34,978 bases of DNA from IMG/VR virus record IMGVR_UViG_3300032312_000081, positions 1 to 34,978 of that record. The stretch is one strand, 5' to 3'. Made by a program: the position numbers and the translations under genes. This DNA comes from a virus. Its lineage: Duplodnaviria; Caudoviricetes. The notes beneath the pieces were generated by a model, which did not search any database, was not told where the DNA came from, and saw only the letters and a list, made by a program, of their open reading frames with translations. This document shows positions 10,430 through 18,230 of the stretch, piece by piece (position 1 is the stretch's first letter; each line of letters opens with the position of its first letter).

Positions 10430-12699
10430 TGGATGATGTTAGCTCATTGATTCTTGGCGGCTCTGCAAAACCATTAGGAGGTAAGCCTAGTGGTGCGGAA
10501 CCTATTTCTGCTGAAGATTTATCACATCCTAATGTTAGAAAAGCGTTGCAATATATTAACGCTTATGAAGGCAAGCCAAAAGCTAATCAAATGTTTGGTT
10601 ACAAAGAATTTAATGATTTATCAAAACATCCAAATATAAAGATACCTTTCACTAATAAAGGTGATGTTACTACTGCGGCAGGAAGCTATCAAATTCTTGC
10701 TCCTACCTGGGAAGCGCAAGCAAAAAAATTAGGTTTACAAGATTTTAGTCCTGAAAACCAAGAAAAAGCGGCTGTAGGTATTTTGAAAGATACTGGTGCT
10801 TTAGATGCTTTAAAAGCTGGTGAATTTGAAAAAGCCAAAAAATTAATGGGTACGCAATGGGCTAGTATTCCTGGCTCTACCATTGGCAAATCTACTGGGC
10901 AAATTCCTAAACTTAACGAACAGCATGAACAAATATTGTCTGCTGGTGATGATGTATCTAATTTAATTCTTGGTACATCACCATCAAAAGAAACTGCAAA
11001 AACAGAAAATAAACAACAAGAATTTTTTCAAGAACTTAAAAAACCTTTGAGTGAAATGTCTTATGAAGGATTTAAAAAAGAATCTATTTTAGCTCCAGCT
11101 ATTGAATATACAGCGGCTAGTTTAAATTTACCTGGCTTTACTGAACAAGATAAACAAGCGGCACAAGAAAAACTTATTGCAAAAGGTAAAGGTGCTTTAA
11201 AAGGCGCAGAACAATTTATTAGAAGCCCTGTAGAAACAGCAAAAGCCATAGGTACTCAAATAGTAGAAAATCCTGGCAAGTTTATTGGTGAAAGCATTAA
11301 GGGAACTGTTTATGATCCTGAATTGGCTGTAATTCCAGCTAGTGTAGTTACCAAACCAATACAAAAAGGCATTACAAAAGCTGGTGAGGTTATTTCTCCA
11401 GCAGTTAAAGGCATAACAGAACAGTTTGCTAAAAAAGAACCAACAATGGCTGGCGTTGGTGCGGCTGAAGTTGGTATGCAAAAAACAAGAATTGAGAGAG
11501 CTAGAGAGCTTCCTATTCCTATTGAGTTATCTAAAGACCAAGTAACTAGAGCTCCTGCCGATGTTCGTTTTGCTAGAGAAACTGCTAAAGACCCTGTTTT
11601 GGGCGGAGAGTTGCAAACCAAATATGCTGATGACAATGCCAAAATTCAAGCAAACTTAGATAAATTTGTTTACGATACTGGCGCAGAATTTAGTGGAGCC
11701 GCACCAGGTGAGTTAGGTCAAATGCTTTTTAATACTGTTGCACCAGCTAAAAAAGCAAGATATGCAGAAGTGCAAAATTCTTATGATGTAGCTAGAAATG
11801 CTGGTGAAATGAATGAACTTATACCAGTAAAACCATTAAAAGATTTTGTAACAAGCAATTATTCTGCCGCAGAAAATGCTACTGTTTTAAAAAGTTTAAA
11901 TAAAGAAATTAAACGCCTCGCTAAAGGCGGAGAAGTAAGCATTAATGATTTAGAAGAAATTAGAAAAATGGCTGTTGTTTTAGCTCAATCTTCAGGTGCT
12001 GATTCTTTTTATGGAAAAAAAGCCATTAAGTTAATGGATAAAATGACAGAAGGAAAAGGCGGAGATTTATATAAAAATGCTAGAGCTTTAAATACGGCTT
12101 ACATGAAAGAGTTTGAAAACACTCCAGCACTAAGTCAAATTACAGCCATGAAAAAAGGTGGCCAAGAACGAGTTGTTGCCATTGAAAACCTTGTAGACAA
12201 AACTTTGTTTCAAGGTCCAGGTGATAGAGTTAAGCAATTATTTGGTTCTTTAGAAAAGATGGGGCCTGAAGGTCAAAAAATGACCCAAGAATTGCGTGGC
12301 GCAGTTGCTCAAAAAATTAAAGATGAAGCGACAAAAGGTGTTAATCGTGATATTAATGGTAAACCTTACACATCAACTGATGCTTTAAATAAAATTATTA
12401 CAGATTTAGACAAAAGTGGAAAATTAGAATTTATTTTTGGTAAAAAAGGTGCTGAACAATATAGAACTTTAAATGAAGTTACTAAAGACTTACAAACTGT
12501 TCCTGTTGGCACAACTAATCCATCGGGTACTGCTTCAAGCCTTATGGCTTTAGCCGCAGAAATGGGTTTACAAGGTGCTGTAACTGGAGTTCCTGTACCA
12601 GTTGCTACTATTGGTAAATTTTTATATAACAAACGCCAAACAAAAAAACAACTGAATAAAGTTAATGAATTTGTAAATTACGGCAAGGAACAAAAATGA
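10426..12699 (+). CDS. Large ejection protein (P22 gp16 position) with an N-terminal lambda-R-type lytic transglycosylase domain
   Basis: aa ~37-150: NVRKALQYINAYEG...FNDLSKHP...TAAGSYQILAPTW...LQDFSPENQE...QWASIPG, the lambda R (GH104) signature; the remainder appears helical. Confidence 0.8.
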   Translation: MMDDVSSLILGGSAKPLGGKPSGAEPISAEDLSHPNVRKALQYINAYEGKPKANQMFGYKEFNDLSKHPNIKIPFTNKGDVTTAAGSYQILAPTWEAQAKKLGLQDFSPENQEKAAVGILKDTGALDALKAGEFEKAKKLMGTQWASIPGSTIGKSTGQIPKLNEQHEQILSAGDDVSNLILGTSPSKETAKTENKQQEFFQELKKPLSEMSYEGFKKESILAPAIEYTAASLNLPGFTEQDKQAAQEKLIAKGKGALKGAEQFIRSPVETAKAIGTQIVENPGKFIGESIKGTVYDPELAVIPASVVTKPIQKGITKAGEVISPAVKGITEQFAKKEPTMAGVGAAEVGMQKTRIERARELPIPIELSKDQVTRAPADVRFARETAKDPVLGGELQTKYADDNAKIQANLDKFVYDTGAEFSGAAPGELGQMLFNTVAPAKKARYAEVQNSYDVARNAGEMNELIPVKPLKDFVTSNYSAAENATVLKSLNKEIKRLAKGGEVSINDLEEIRKMAVVLAQSSGADSFYGKKAIKLMDKMTEGKGGDLYKNARALNTAYMKEFENTPALSQITAMKKGGQERVVAIENLVDKTLFQGPGDRVKQLFGSLEKMGPEGQKMTQELRGAVAQKIKDEATKGVNRDINGKPYTSTDALNKIITDLDKSGKLEFIFGKKGAEQYRTLNEVTKDLQTVPVGTTNPSGTASSLMALAAEMGLQGAVTGVPVPVATIGKFLYNKRQTKKQLNKVNEFVNYGKEQK

Positions 12700-13241
12700 C
12701 AGTCTTACTATCGCCTATTGGCAACTCAATGACACCTTTTTTAGGTTTGGATACTTTGCCTTTGGCTGGTGGTCTGTTATATACCTATCAAGCTGGCACA
12801 ACTACTCCATTAGCTACTTATACAGGCGTTGATGGTTTAATACCAAACTCTAACCCTATTGTTTTGGGTGTAAATGGAATAGCACCAACTCCTATTTGGC
12901 TATCTAGTACAAACAATTATAAGTTTGTATTGGCTACAGCCGCAAATGTTACTTTATATACTTACGACAACATTTCAGGTATTCCTGGTGCTGGCTCTGT
13001 AATTAATGTTCCATCAGGCGGAATTATTATTTGGTCAGGTGCTTCTACAGCCATTCCATCAGGTTATGTTTTATGTAACGGTCAAAGCGGTTCTCCTGAT
13101 TTGCGTGATAAATTTGTAATTGGCGCAGGAAGTTCTTACACAGTAAATTCAGCAGGCGGCTTTGTTTCATCAGGCGTAATGACAAGTGCTGGTTCTAATT
13201 CACCATTTTATTATGCTCTTGCATACATAATGAAAACATAA
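12696..13241 (+). CDS. Short tail protein: virion-attachment N-terminal domain plus tail-collar domain
   Basis: PLAGGLLYTYQAGTTTPLATY...NSNPIVL (P22-like tailspike N-terminal type) and VPSGGIIIWSG...IPSGYVLCNG....PDLRDKFVIG (collar motif). Confidence 0.7.
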   Translation: MTVLLSPIGNSMTPFLGLDTLPLAGGLLYTYQAGTTTPLATYTGVDGLIPNSNPIVLGVNGIAPTPIWLSSTNNYKFVLATAANVTLYTYDNISGIPGAGSVINVPSGGIIIWSGASTAIPSGYVLCNGQSGSPDLRDKFVIGAGSSYTVNSAGGFVSSGVMTSAGSNSPFYYALAYIMKT

Positions 13242-13468
13242 TGGACACCATCATGGCTGATAACGATAAATTTGATATGTTCAAGTTTGGTGGACTTGTA
13301 CAACAAGTAGAAACTTTGCAAAACAAAGTTGATGATATGGATAAAGATATTAAAGCTTTGCTTGAACTAGCAAATAAAAGTCGTGGCGGGTTTTGGATGG
13401 GTATGGCTGTTGTGTCTGCTATTAGTGGAATTATTAGCTTTTTTGCTGGCATATACCACGCTAAATGA
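13241..13468 (+). CDS. Membrane protein of the lysis cassette (coiled coil plus C-terminal TM; holin/antiholin-like)
   Basis: Coiled coil followed by GGFWMGMAVVSAISGIISFFAGIY; start may be the second Met at 13253. Confidence 0.55.
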   Translation: MDTIMADNDKFDMFKFGGLVQQVETLQNKVDDMDKDIKALLELANKSRGGFWMGMAVVSAISGIISFFAGIYHAK

Positions 13469-13668
13469 AACGCAAAACCATAGGAGCCATGCACTCCAAA
13501 ACAATGTGGTTTTCGTTTGCCATAGCTATATTTGGCGCAATAGAAATGTATTTTCCTTATCTTGAAAAAAACATACCAACGCAATATTATGGCCCTATTT
13601 TTATGGCTATAGGCATTATTTGCGCTGTACTTAGGTTTTATACAACCTTACCATTGGAAGAAAAATAA
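13465..13668 (+). CDS. Putative holin (2 TM)
   Basis: 67 aa, basic N-terminus, two hydrophobic segments, charged C-terminus; upstream of the spanins and endolysin. Confidence 0.65.
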   Translation: MKRKTIGAMHSKTMWFSFAIAIFGAIEMYFPYLEKNIPTQYYGPIFMAIGIICAVLRFYTTLPLEEK

Positions 13669-14087
13669 TGTTTGGCTTAACTATTCCAATTCAGTTTTAT
13701 ATTTATGCGGCGTTATCTTTAGCGGCTATTGGTGGTATTGGCTATGGTAGATATGAATCTGTAAAATATGATTCTTATGTAGCAAAAACAGAATTAGCGG
13801 CAAAAGAGCAGGAAATGATTAACAAGGCAAAGGCTAAAGAAGCCAATCAAGTAACGGAAAAGGTTAAAAATGACTATCAAAATAAGCTCAATCTTATTAA
13901 GCATACTTATGGTGGGTTGCGCCTCTCCAGTAGCAATCAAACAGGCACAATTTCCAACACCACCAGCGGAACTGATGGCACAGCCACCGACCCTAAATTT
14001 ATTGAAAAATGTGCGATGACTACATTACAACTTGTATCATTACAGGCATGGCTTAATGAGCAAATAGGTATTTTTAATGCTAAGTAG
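13668..14087 (+). CDS. Rz: Inner-membrane spanin (Rz-like)
   Basis: N-terminal TM, coiled-coil periplasmic part, C-terminal C...TLQLVSLQAW; contains an embedded +1-frame lipoprotein. Confidence 0.8.
   Translation: MFGLTIPIQFYIYAALSLAAIGGIGYGRYESVKYDSYVAKTELAAKEQEMINKAKAKEANQVTEKVKNDYQNKLNLIKHTYGGLRLSSSNQTGTISNTTSGTDGTATDPKFIEKCAMTTLQLVSLQAWLNEQIGIFNAK
13870..14019 (+). CDS. Rz1: Outer-membrane spanin lipoprotein (Rz1-like), embedded in Rz; not in the ORF track
   Basis: Translated by hand: MTIKISSILLSILMVGCASPVAIKQAQFPTPPAELMAQPPTLNLLKNVR*. Signal peptide, lipobox MVG-C, Pro-rich mature part, +1 frame, AAGG upstream. Confidence 0.85.
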   Translation: MTIKISSILLSILMVGCASPVAIKQAQFPTPPAELMAQPPTLNLLKNVR

Positions 14088-14676
14088 TGAAAAGTTAGTT
14101 GCTTTGGGTATAGATACAAAATGGTTAAAAGTCTTAGAATTTACTTTTGCCAAGTACCAAATAAACACCAATACAAGGCAGGCGGCTTTTATTGGTCAAT
14201 GCCAGCATGAATCTAATAACTTTAAGACCTTAGAAGAAAACCTTAATTATTCTGCTGGTGGTTTAATGCGTGTATGGCCTTCTAGGTTCCCTGATGCCGC
14301 AATAGCAGATAAATATGCCCATAACCCTGAAATGATTGCAAACAAGGTTTATGGCGGCAGAGCAGACCTTGGCAATATAGAAGATGGAGATGGCTGGAAA
14401 TTTCATGGCAGAGGCGTTATACAGCTTACTGGCAGGGCTAACTATACAGTCTGCGGTCAAGCCTTGGGACAGCCCCTTACAAGCGATCCTAGCCTGCTTT
14501 TAGACCCTGAATGGGCTTGCCTATCTGCTGGTTGGTTTTGGAACAAAAAAGGCTTAAATGCCCTTGCTGATATAGAAGATTGGACTACCATGACCAAAAG
14601 AATTAATGGCGGAACAATAGGTTTAAGCGATAGAATAAACAAAATCCATAAAGCTATGGATATTTTAGGAGCATAA
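14077..14676 (+). CDS. Endolysin, glycoside hydrolase family 19
   Basis: AAFIGQCQHES..F..LEENLNYS, GDGWKFHGRGVIQLTGRANY, SAGWFW and TKRINGG..GLSDR. Confidence 0.92.
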   Translation: MLSSEKLVALGIDTKWLKVLEFTFAKYQINTNTRQAAFIGQCQHESNNFKTLEENLNYSAGGLMRVWPSRFPDAAIADKYAHNPEMIANKVYGGRADLGNIEDGDGWKFHGRGVIQLTGRANYTVCGQALGQPLTSDPSLLLDPEWACLSAGWFWNKKGLNALADIEDWTTMTKRINGGTIGLSDRINKIHKAMDILGA

Positions 14677-14677
14677 A

Positions 14678-14830
14678 ATGGCTGATAAATTTTATAAAGA
14701 AACAAAAGCAATGCAAAAGCGTGAAGATAGGGAAATGATTACTTTGCGTAACGGCATTTATGAAGTTAAAAGAGAGCTAAAAAAGCATGAGAAAGAGCCT
14801 ATGAACAAGGCTCATCCTATGAAGAAATAA
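14678..14830 (+). CDS. Small basic hypothetical protein (50 aa; not in track)
   Basis: MADKFYKETKAMQKREDREMITLRNGIYEVKRELKKHEKEPMNKAHPMKK*; RBS AGGAG. Confidence 0.6.
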   Translation: MADKFYKETKAMQKREDREMITLRNGIYEVKRELKKHEKEPMNKAHPMKK

Positions 14831-14935
14831 CGGCAACAATTTAGTCGTTTTATATACAAATCAATGTATATGTGTATAGGAAAGCCAAAAAACTATACAC
14901 ATGACATCCTTGTTTGTTGGCTTAACTGCCGTTAT
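14827..14935. terminator. Long imperfect hairpin at the convergence of the late and early operons
   Basis: ATAACGGCA (14827-35) pairs with TGCCGTTAT (14927-35); ATGTGTATAG (14870-79) pairs with CTATACACAT (14893-902). The terminator function is inferred. Confidence 0.55.
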
Positions 14936-15120
14936 ATAAGCTGTATGACTGGCTTTTTATATTCCACATGGTCTAAGGCCGCTTGCCAGGCTTGTGTCCA
15001 AAGCCGTAAAGCATTAGAGCCGTCATAAAAGAAATCAGGATAGAGTGCAAAGAAAGCCTCCTCGCAATCATCTGATGGCACTTTCATATTTCCGCCAAAC
15101 GGAACATTTTCTTCAGTCAT
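14932..15120 (-). CDS. Hypothetical protein
   Basis: Last gene of the leftward operon; ATGA overlap with the upstream gene; WTQAWQAA motif. Confidence 0.6.
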   Translation of the reverse strand: MTEENVPFGGNMKVPSDDCEEAFFALYPDFFYDGSNALRLWTQAWQAALDHVEYKKPVIQLI

Positions 15121-15335
15121 TTAATCCTCGCTACTTTATTGCGTTTAAGAACATTTTCGTATTCTACCCTCGCTTTATCATCCAAGGAGCGTAAAGGTAA
15201 TTCTTGAAAATAACGAAACTTTTCCTGATATTTTGCCTGTTCACTAGGTCTAATCCAGCCGTAATGCTTGGCCCATCGTTCTTCAATATCAGTACCAGCG
15301 GCAGTCCAAATATGTTCGTTTAAATTTCTAGACAT
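15117..15335 (-). CDS. Hypothetical protein (start re-called to ATG at 15335, MSRNLNEHIW...)
   Basis: The ATG overlaps the end of the upstream small ORF 15328..15486; the longer track start would overlap it by ~60 nt. Confidence 0.55.
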   Translation of the reverse strand: MSRNLNEHIWTAAGTDIEERWAKHYGWIRPSEQAKYQEKFRYFQELPLRSLDDKARVEYENVLKRNKVARIK

Positions 15336-15486
15336 TTGTAATCTCACTTTCTCTAATGAATTTATCAGCAATGCTGAAAGCTCTTTCAACGGCTTGTGTG
15401 TCCCAATCTTTAGTGGTTACATCAAACTTCCAATCATGAGCAATCATGAGCCTTAGCAACTGAAAAGCGTATTGTTCTCTTGTCAT
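15328..15486 (-). CDS. Hypothetical protein (52 aa; not in track)
   Basis: MTREQYAFQLLRLMIAHDWKFDVTTKDWDTQAVERAFSIADKFIRESEITNV*; fills the operon gap exactly. Confidence 0.6.
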   Translation of the reverse strand: MTREQYAFQLLRLMIAHDWKFDVTTKDWDTQAVERAFSIADKFIRESEITNV

Positions 15487-15488
15487 AA

Positions 15489-15638
15489 TCAGAAACAAGT
15501 AGTGTTGCAGTTGCCGTTATGACAACAAGTTGTACATATTACAAATTTTCCGTTGTAATCAACTGTGCTGGTTTTACAGCTTGCATAAGCCATAGTAGCG
15601 GCTAATGCCAACCAAATACCAAGTGCAATCTTTTTCAT
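15489..15638 (-). CDS. Secreted cysteine-rich micro-protein (49 aa; not in track)
   Basis: MKKIALGIWLALAATMAYA-SCKTSTVDYNGKFVICTTCCHNGNCNTTCF*; RBS AAGGA; Sec signal with A-Y-A cleavage site; 6 Cys. Confidence 0.75.
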   Translation of the reverse strand: MKKIALGIWLALAATMAYASCKTSTVDYNGKFVICTTCCHNGNCNTTCF

Positions 15639-15647
15639 TATTAATCC

Positions 15648-15905
15648 TTAAAAGGGAATATTTTCATCAAGTTGGGAAAGGTCTTTAGCTGGCGCACCTG
15701 GTGCTTTATCATCAGGAACATTTAGGTAACACCACAAAGTTCCTTCTTTGAGGCCTAACAAAGGAATCATTTCCAGCTTCATCATTAGGTCACCTTTTTT
15801 AGTTTCCGTAACGATGCCTATAGTTTGATAACGCTTTTTGTTTGCTCCAGCTTGATCTACATACTCCGATACAGCCGCTTTTACATAATATTTAATAGCC
15901 ATCAC
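15648..15905 (-). CDS. Putative small single-stranded DNA-binding protein
   Basis: Follows the exonuclease; beta-rich body; acidic tail ending LDENIPF, like the SSB C-terminal DDIPF motif. Confidence 0.6.
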   Translation of the reverse strand: MMAIKYYVKAAVSEYVDQAGANKKRYQTIGIVTETKKGDLMMKLEMIPLLGLKEGTLWCYLNVPDDKAPGAPAKDLSQLDENIPF

Positions 15906-16552
15906 ATACCTTTCATTAATTTAACTTCTACTTCCACTTCATCAAGAAACTGCTTAATTTGTTCTTCCATTTCCGCAATGTATTCGTTTTCACGCATTAC
16001 ACGCTTAATGTATAACTGACTGCGTTCAGGCATCCTTGGATCATAGGACACAAAGTCGCACCAATCTCTACCAGTACAGGCCATCTGCGCTTGCATCTGA
16101 ATATAGTATTTATGGGGCGGCCCATCTTGTCTTATATAAGACCAATGAGTTGCTGAGTTGGGGCATTTTATTTCCACAAGACCATTATCATTAACAAGGC
16201 CATCAGGACTGCAACCAAACCAAGCAATGCTAGGATGCTCAACAAACCCAACTTGGTCCACGAAGTTACCTGAAGCAACTTCATAAGCAACCCTGGCTTG
16301 GGCTTCATGGTCTTTTCCCCATTGCATTGCATCATTGGTAAATCCTTCTTCAATTTGCCCAGTTGTTCTTTGAATGGCTAACTTGATTAAATAATTGGCT
16401 CTAGAAGCCGATACGCCTGTTTTAGTCTTGGCTAATACATCGGCTACACCACTAGCCGTAACCTTGCCTAAACGCAGTTTTAACCATTCCTCAGTACCTT
16501 GTTCAAGGTGTTTGTGGGCGGCAAGTCTATCTTCTGTTGTAAATGTAGTCAT
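15902..16552 (-). CDS. YqaJ/lambda-type exonuclease
   Basis: QGTEEWLKLRLGKVTAS, AMQWGKDHE, GCSPDGLV, VEIKCP, YYIQMQAQM and WCDFVSYDPR. Confidence 0.93.
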   Translation of the reverse strand: MTTFTTEDRLAAHKHLEQGTEEWLKLRLGKVTASGVADVLAKTKTGVSASRANYLIKLAIQRTTGQIEEGFTNDAMQWGKDHEAQARVAYEVASGNFVDQVGFVEHPSIAWFGCSPDGLVNDNGLVEIKCPNSATHWSYIRQDGPPHKYYIQMQAQMACTGRDWCDFVSYDPRMPERSQLYIKRVMRENEYIAEMEEQIKQFLDEVEVEVKLMKGM

Positions 16553-16719
16553 TCTGTACCTTTAGTGTTTGGTATGTCACTAACTGCCATATAAACCTGG
16601 GCAGTCACTTTTAATACATAAGCAAGATCACTAGGACTTAATTGACCAAGCAGTTGCAATATTTTTATAACTGCATTGTCATTGTCTAATGACTGCGGTT
16701 TGACTAATGATTCAATCAT
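16549..16719 (-). CDS. Hypothetical protein (56 aa; not in track)
   Basis: MIESLVKPQSLDNDNAVIKILQLLGQLSPSDLAYVLKVTAQVYMAVSDIPNTKGTE*; overlaps both neighbours. Confidence 0.55.
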   Translation of the reverse strand: MIESLVKPQSLDNDNAVIKILQLLGQLSPSDLAYVLKVTAQVYMAVSDIPNTKGTE

Positions 16720-16942
16720 TTTCTTGTGCTTTCTTTAATAAGGCCCTAGCAAAGGTATAAATATTGCAATCTTTAGGAGCAAAGAACTCATCTCTAATAT
16801 CTGATATTTCTTCATTAGTTAATGTTTTTGCTGGATGGGTGTAAAGTGGTACATCATCTTCCCAAGTTTGCACTTTACTAAACTTTGTAGGTCTGCCGTC
16901 TTTGTAATGGACTTGCATCCACGCTACTGGTTCATTGTTCAT
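16712..16942 (-). CDS. Hypothetical early protein with EPVAW...PLY motif
   Basis: MNNEPVAWM...VPLYTHP..LTNEEI..FARAL; ATG at 16942 coupled to the upstream stop by ATGA. Confidence 0.65.
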   Translation of the reverse strand: MNNEPVAWMQVHYKDGRPTKFSKVQTWEDDVPLYTHPAKTLTNEEISDIRDEFFAPKDCNIYTFARALLKKAQEND

Positions 16943-17094
16943 CTGCTTCCCCAAATTTGTTTTTCAAGGTGTTGAATATATTGATTGTTATGCTCCATGT
17001 GGCTTAACAATTTGTCATAAGCCAGCCGCCAATAGTCAGCATCAGCAAGGGCTTTGGCAAGTTTTTTTTGAAGTTCTAATTCTTCTATGCTCAT
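16939..17094 (-). CDS. Hypothetical protein (51 aa; not in track)
   Basis: MSIEELELQKKLAKALADADYWRLAYDKLLSHMEHNNQYIQHLEKQIWGSR*; ATGA overlaps at both ends; RBS AAGGAG. Confidence 0.6.
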   Translation of the reverse strand: MSIEELELQKKLAKALADADYWRLAYDKLLSHMEHNNQYIQHLEKQIWGSR

Positions 17095-17630
17095 GCCAGT
17101 TGCTCCTTCTTGGCATCTTTGGCTTTTGCAATCTTGTCTACTGCTGACTTGTCTTTGTTTAATGCGGCATAGGCTTTGCCATATACGCTTTTTAATTCAT
17201 CTATAGATTCACAGTTATTAATTGAATCTACCCATAAATTAGATTCAGCAGTTAAATCAACTGGTTCCTCATCAGGCAAATCCTCGCCAGCATAGATATA
17301 TAAGCCAATACCAAAGAGTGATATAGTTTTAACCAGGCAACGCATCATTGCCGTATTCACATCCATAGCATTTGGATTAGGTATAGCTTTGTTCCGAGAA
17401 TCTATAACAGGCATCTGACAAGTCATAGACTTACCCATTGCGGTCACAGTACAAAACACCATAACTGATTCGTTAAAGTAAACTGGGTCACCAAATGTCC
17501 AGGTGGCGGCTGGGTCATTTTGTAGAAGCTGGTCTACTGCCCAAGTCCAAGAAAGGTATGTAAAGCGGCCCTTCTTTTCTGTATGTTCATTAACATTAAT
17601 TAATCGTAATTCGCTAAAAGTTTTCATCAC
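17091..17630 (-). CDS. sak: Sak/DUF1071 (Rad52-like) single-strand annealing protein
   Basis: INVNEHTEKKGRFTYLSWTWA, MPVIDSRNKAI, VNTAMMRCLVK and FGIGLYIYAGEDLP. Confidence 0.88.
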   Translation of the reverse strand: MMKTFSELRLINVNEHTEKKGRFTYLSWTWAVDQLLQNDPAATWTFGDPVYFNESVMVFCTVTAMGKSMTCQMPVIDSRNKAIPNPNAMDVNTAMMRCLVKTISLFGIGLYIYAGEDLPDEEPVDLTAESNLWVDSINNCESIDELKSVYGKAYAALNKDKSAVDKIAKAKDAKKEQLA

Positions 17631-17636
17631 TTGTCC

Positions 17637-17939
17637 TTAATCGTATAAATTACCAGCACTTAAATCTTCTTCAGCGTGGCGTGTTGCATAGCCTTCTAAA
17701 TATTCATAAGCCATACAAAATAGCTTACGGCCTAATGCTTCATAATCAATCGTTGGTTGTTGCAAGATTGCTTCAACAGCTTCACAATCTTCTTTCTTAG
17801 CCTCAGAAATAGCCTCAGCAAAGTGAGCATATTCTGTAGGGTCATAATCAGACTTCATAAGCTCTGCTATGCGGTCATCCAATAAATCTGAATCATCATC
17901 TTGTGGCTCATAGTAAGCATCATGTCGGCTCATTCCCAT
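17637..17939 (-). CDS. Acidic hypothetical protein
   Basis: 100-aa Asp/Glu-rich ORF in the early operon; RBS GGAGG. Confidence 0.65.
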   Translation of the reverse strand: MGMSRHDAYYEPQDDDSDLLDDRIAELMKSDYDPTEYAHFAEAISEAKKEDCEAVEAILQQPTIDYEALGRKLFCMAYEYLEGYATRHAEEDLSAGNLYD

Positions 17940-17940
17940 G

Positions 17941-18021
17941 TTAGATGCCTCCTACAAAAATTGCGGCTAATGTAATGCCAAGGATTACAACTCCAATCCA
18001 ATCAGTTAATGTGGTTTTCAT
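17941..18021 (-). CDS. Small single-TM peptide (26 aa; not in track)
   Basis: MKTTLTDWIGVVILGITLAAIFVGGI*; RBS AAGGAG; TGATG coupling. Confidence 0.55.
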   Translation of the reverse strand: MKTTLTDWIGVVILGITLAAIFVGGI

Positions 18022-18230
18022 CACTTGCTCCTTAAACCATGAAAATCATCATGCTCAAAAGATTTAAATAAATCCACCATTCTTAAAATATCTTCGAAAG
18101 ACATTCCTTTGCCAGTAGCTTCTTTAACAATATTCCGAATGTCCTCTACTTGAGAAGTTGTTATTTCGTAGTTATCAGGAGTTACCCAAACATACTCTGC
18201 GTAACCTTCTTTGCTGATTCCTAATTTCAT
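18021..18230 (-). CDS. Hypothetical protein, first gene of the leftward early operon
   Basis: 69 aa; purine-rich RBS; no clear HTH or S24 peptidase features. Confidence 0.6.
   Translation of the reverse strand: MKLGISKEGYAEYVWVTPDNYEITTSQVEDIRNIVKEATGKGMSFEDILRMVDLFKSFEHDDFHGLRSK

Noticed and set aside
9524-12632. Minus-strand ORFs under the ejection genes (and similar ones under portal, scaffold and coat)
   Set aside because: Antisense shadows of long, well-supported plus-strand genes, with no motifs or RBS.
18021-18230. CI repressor, suggested by its position opposite cro
   Set aside because: Only 69 aa, with no recognisable HTH or S24 peptidase motif.
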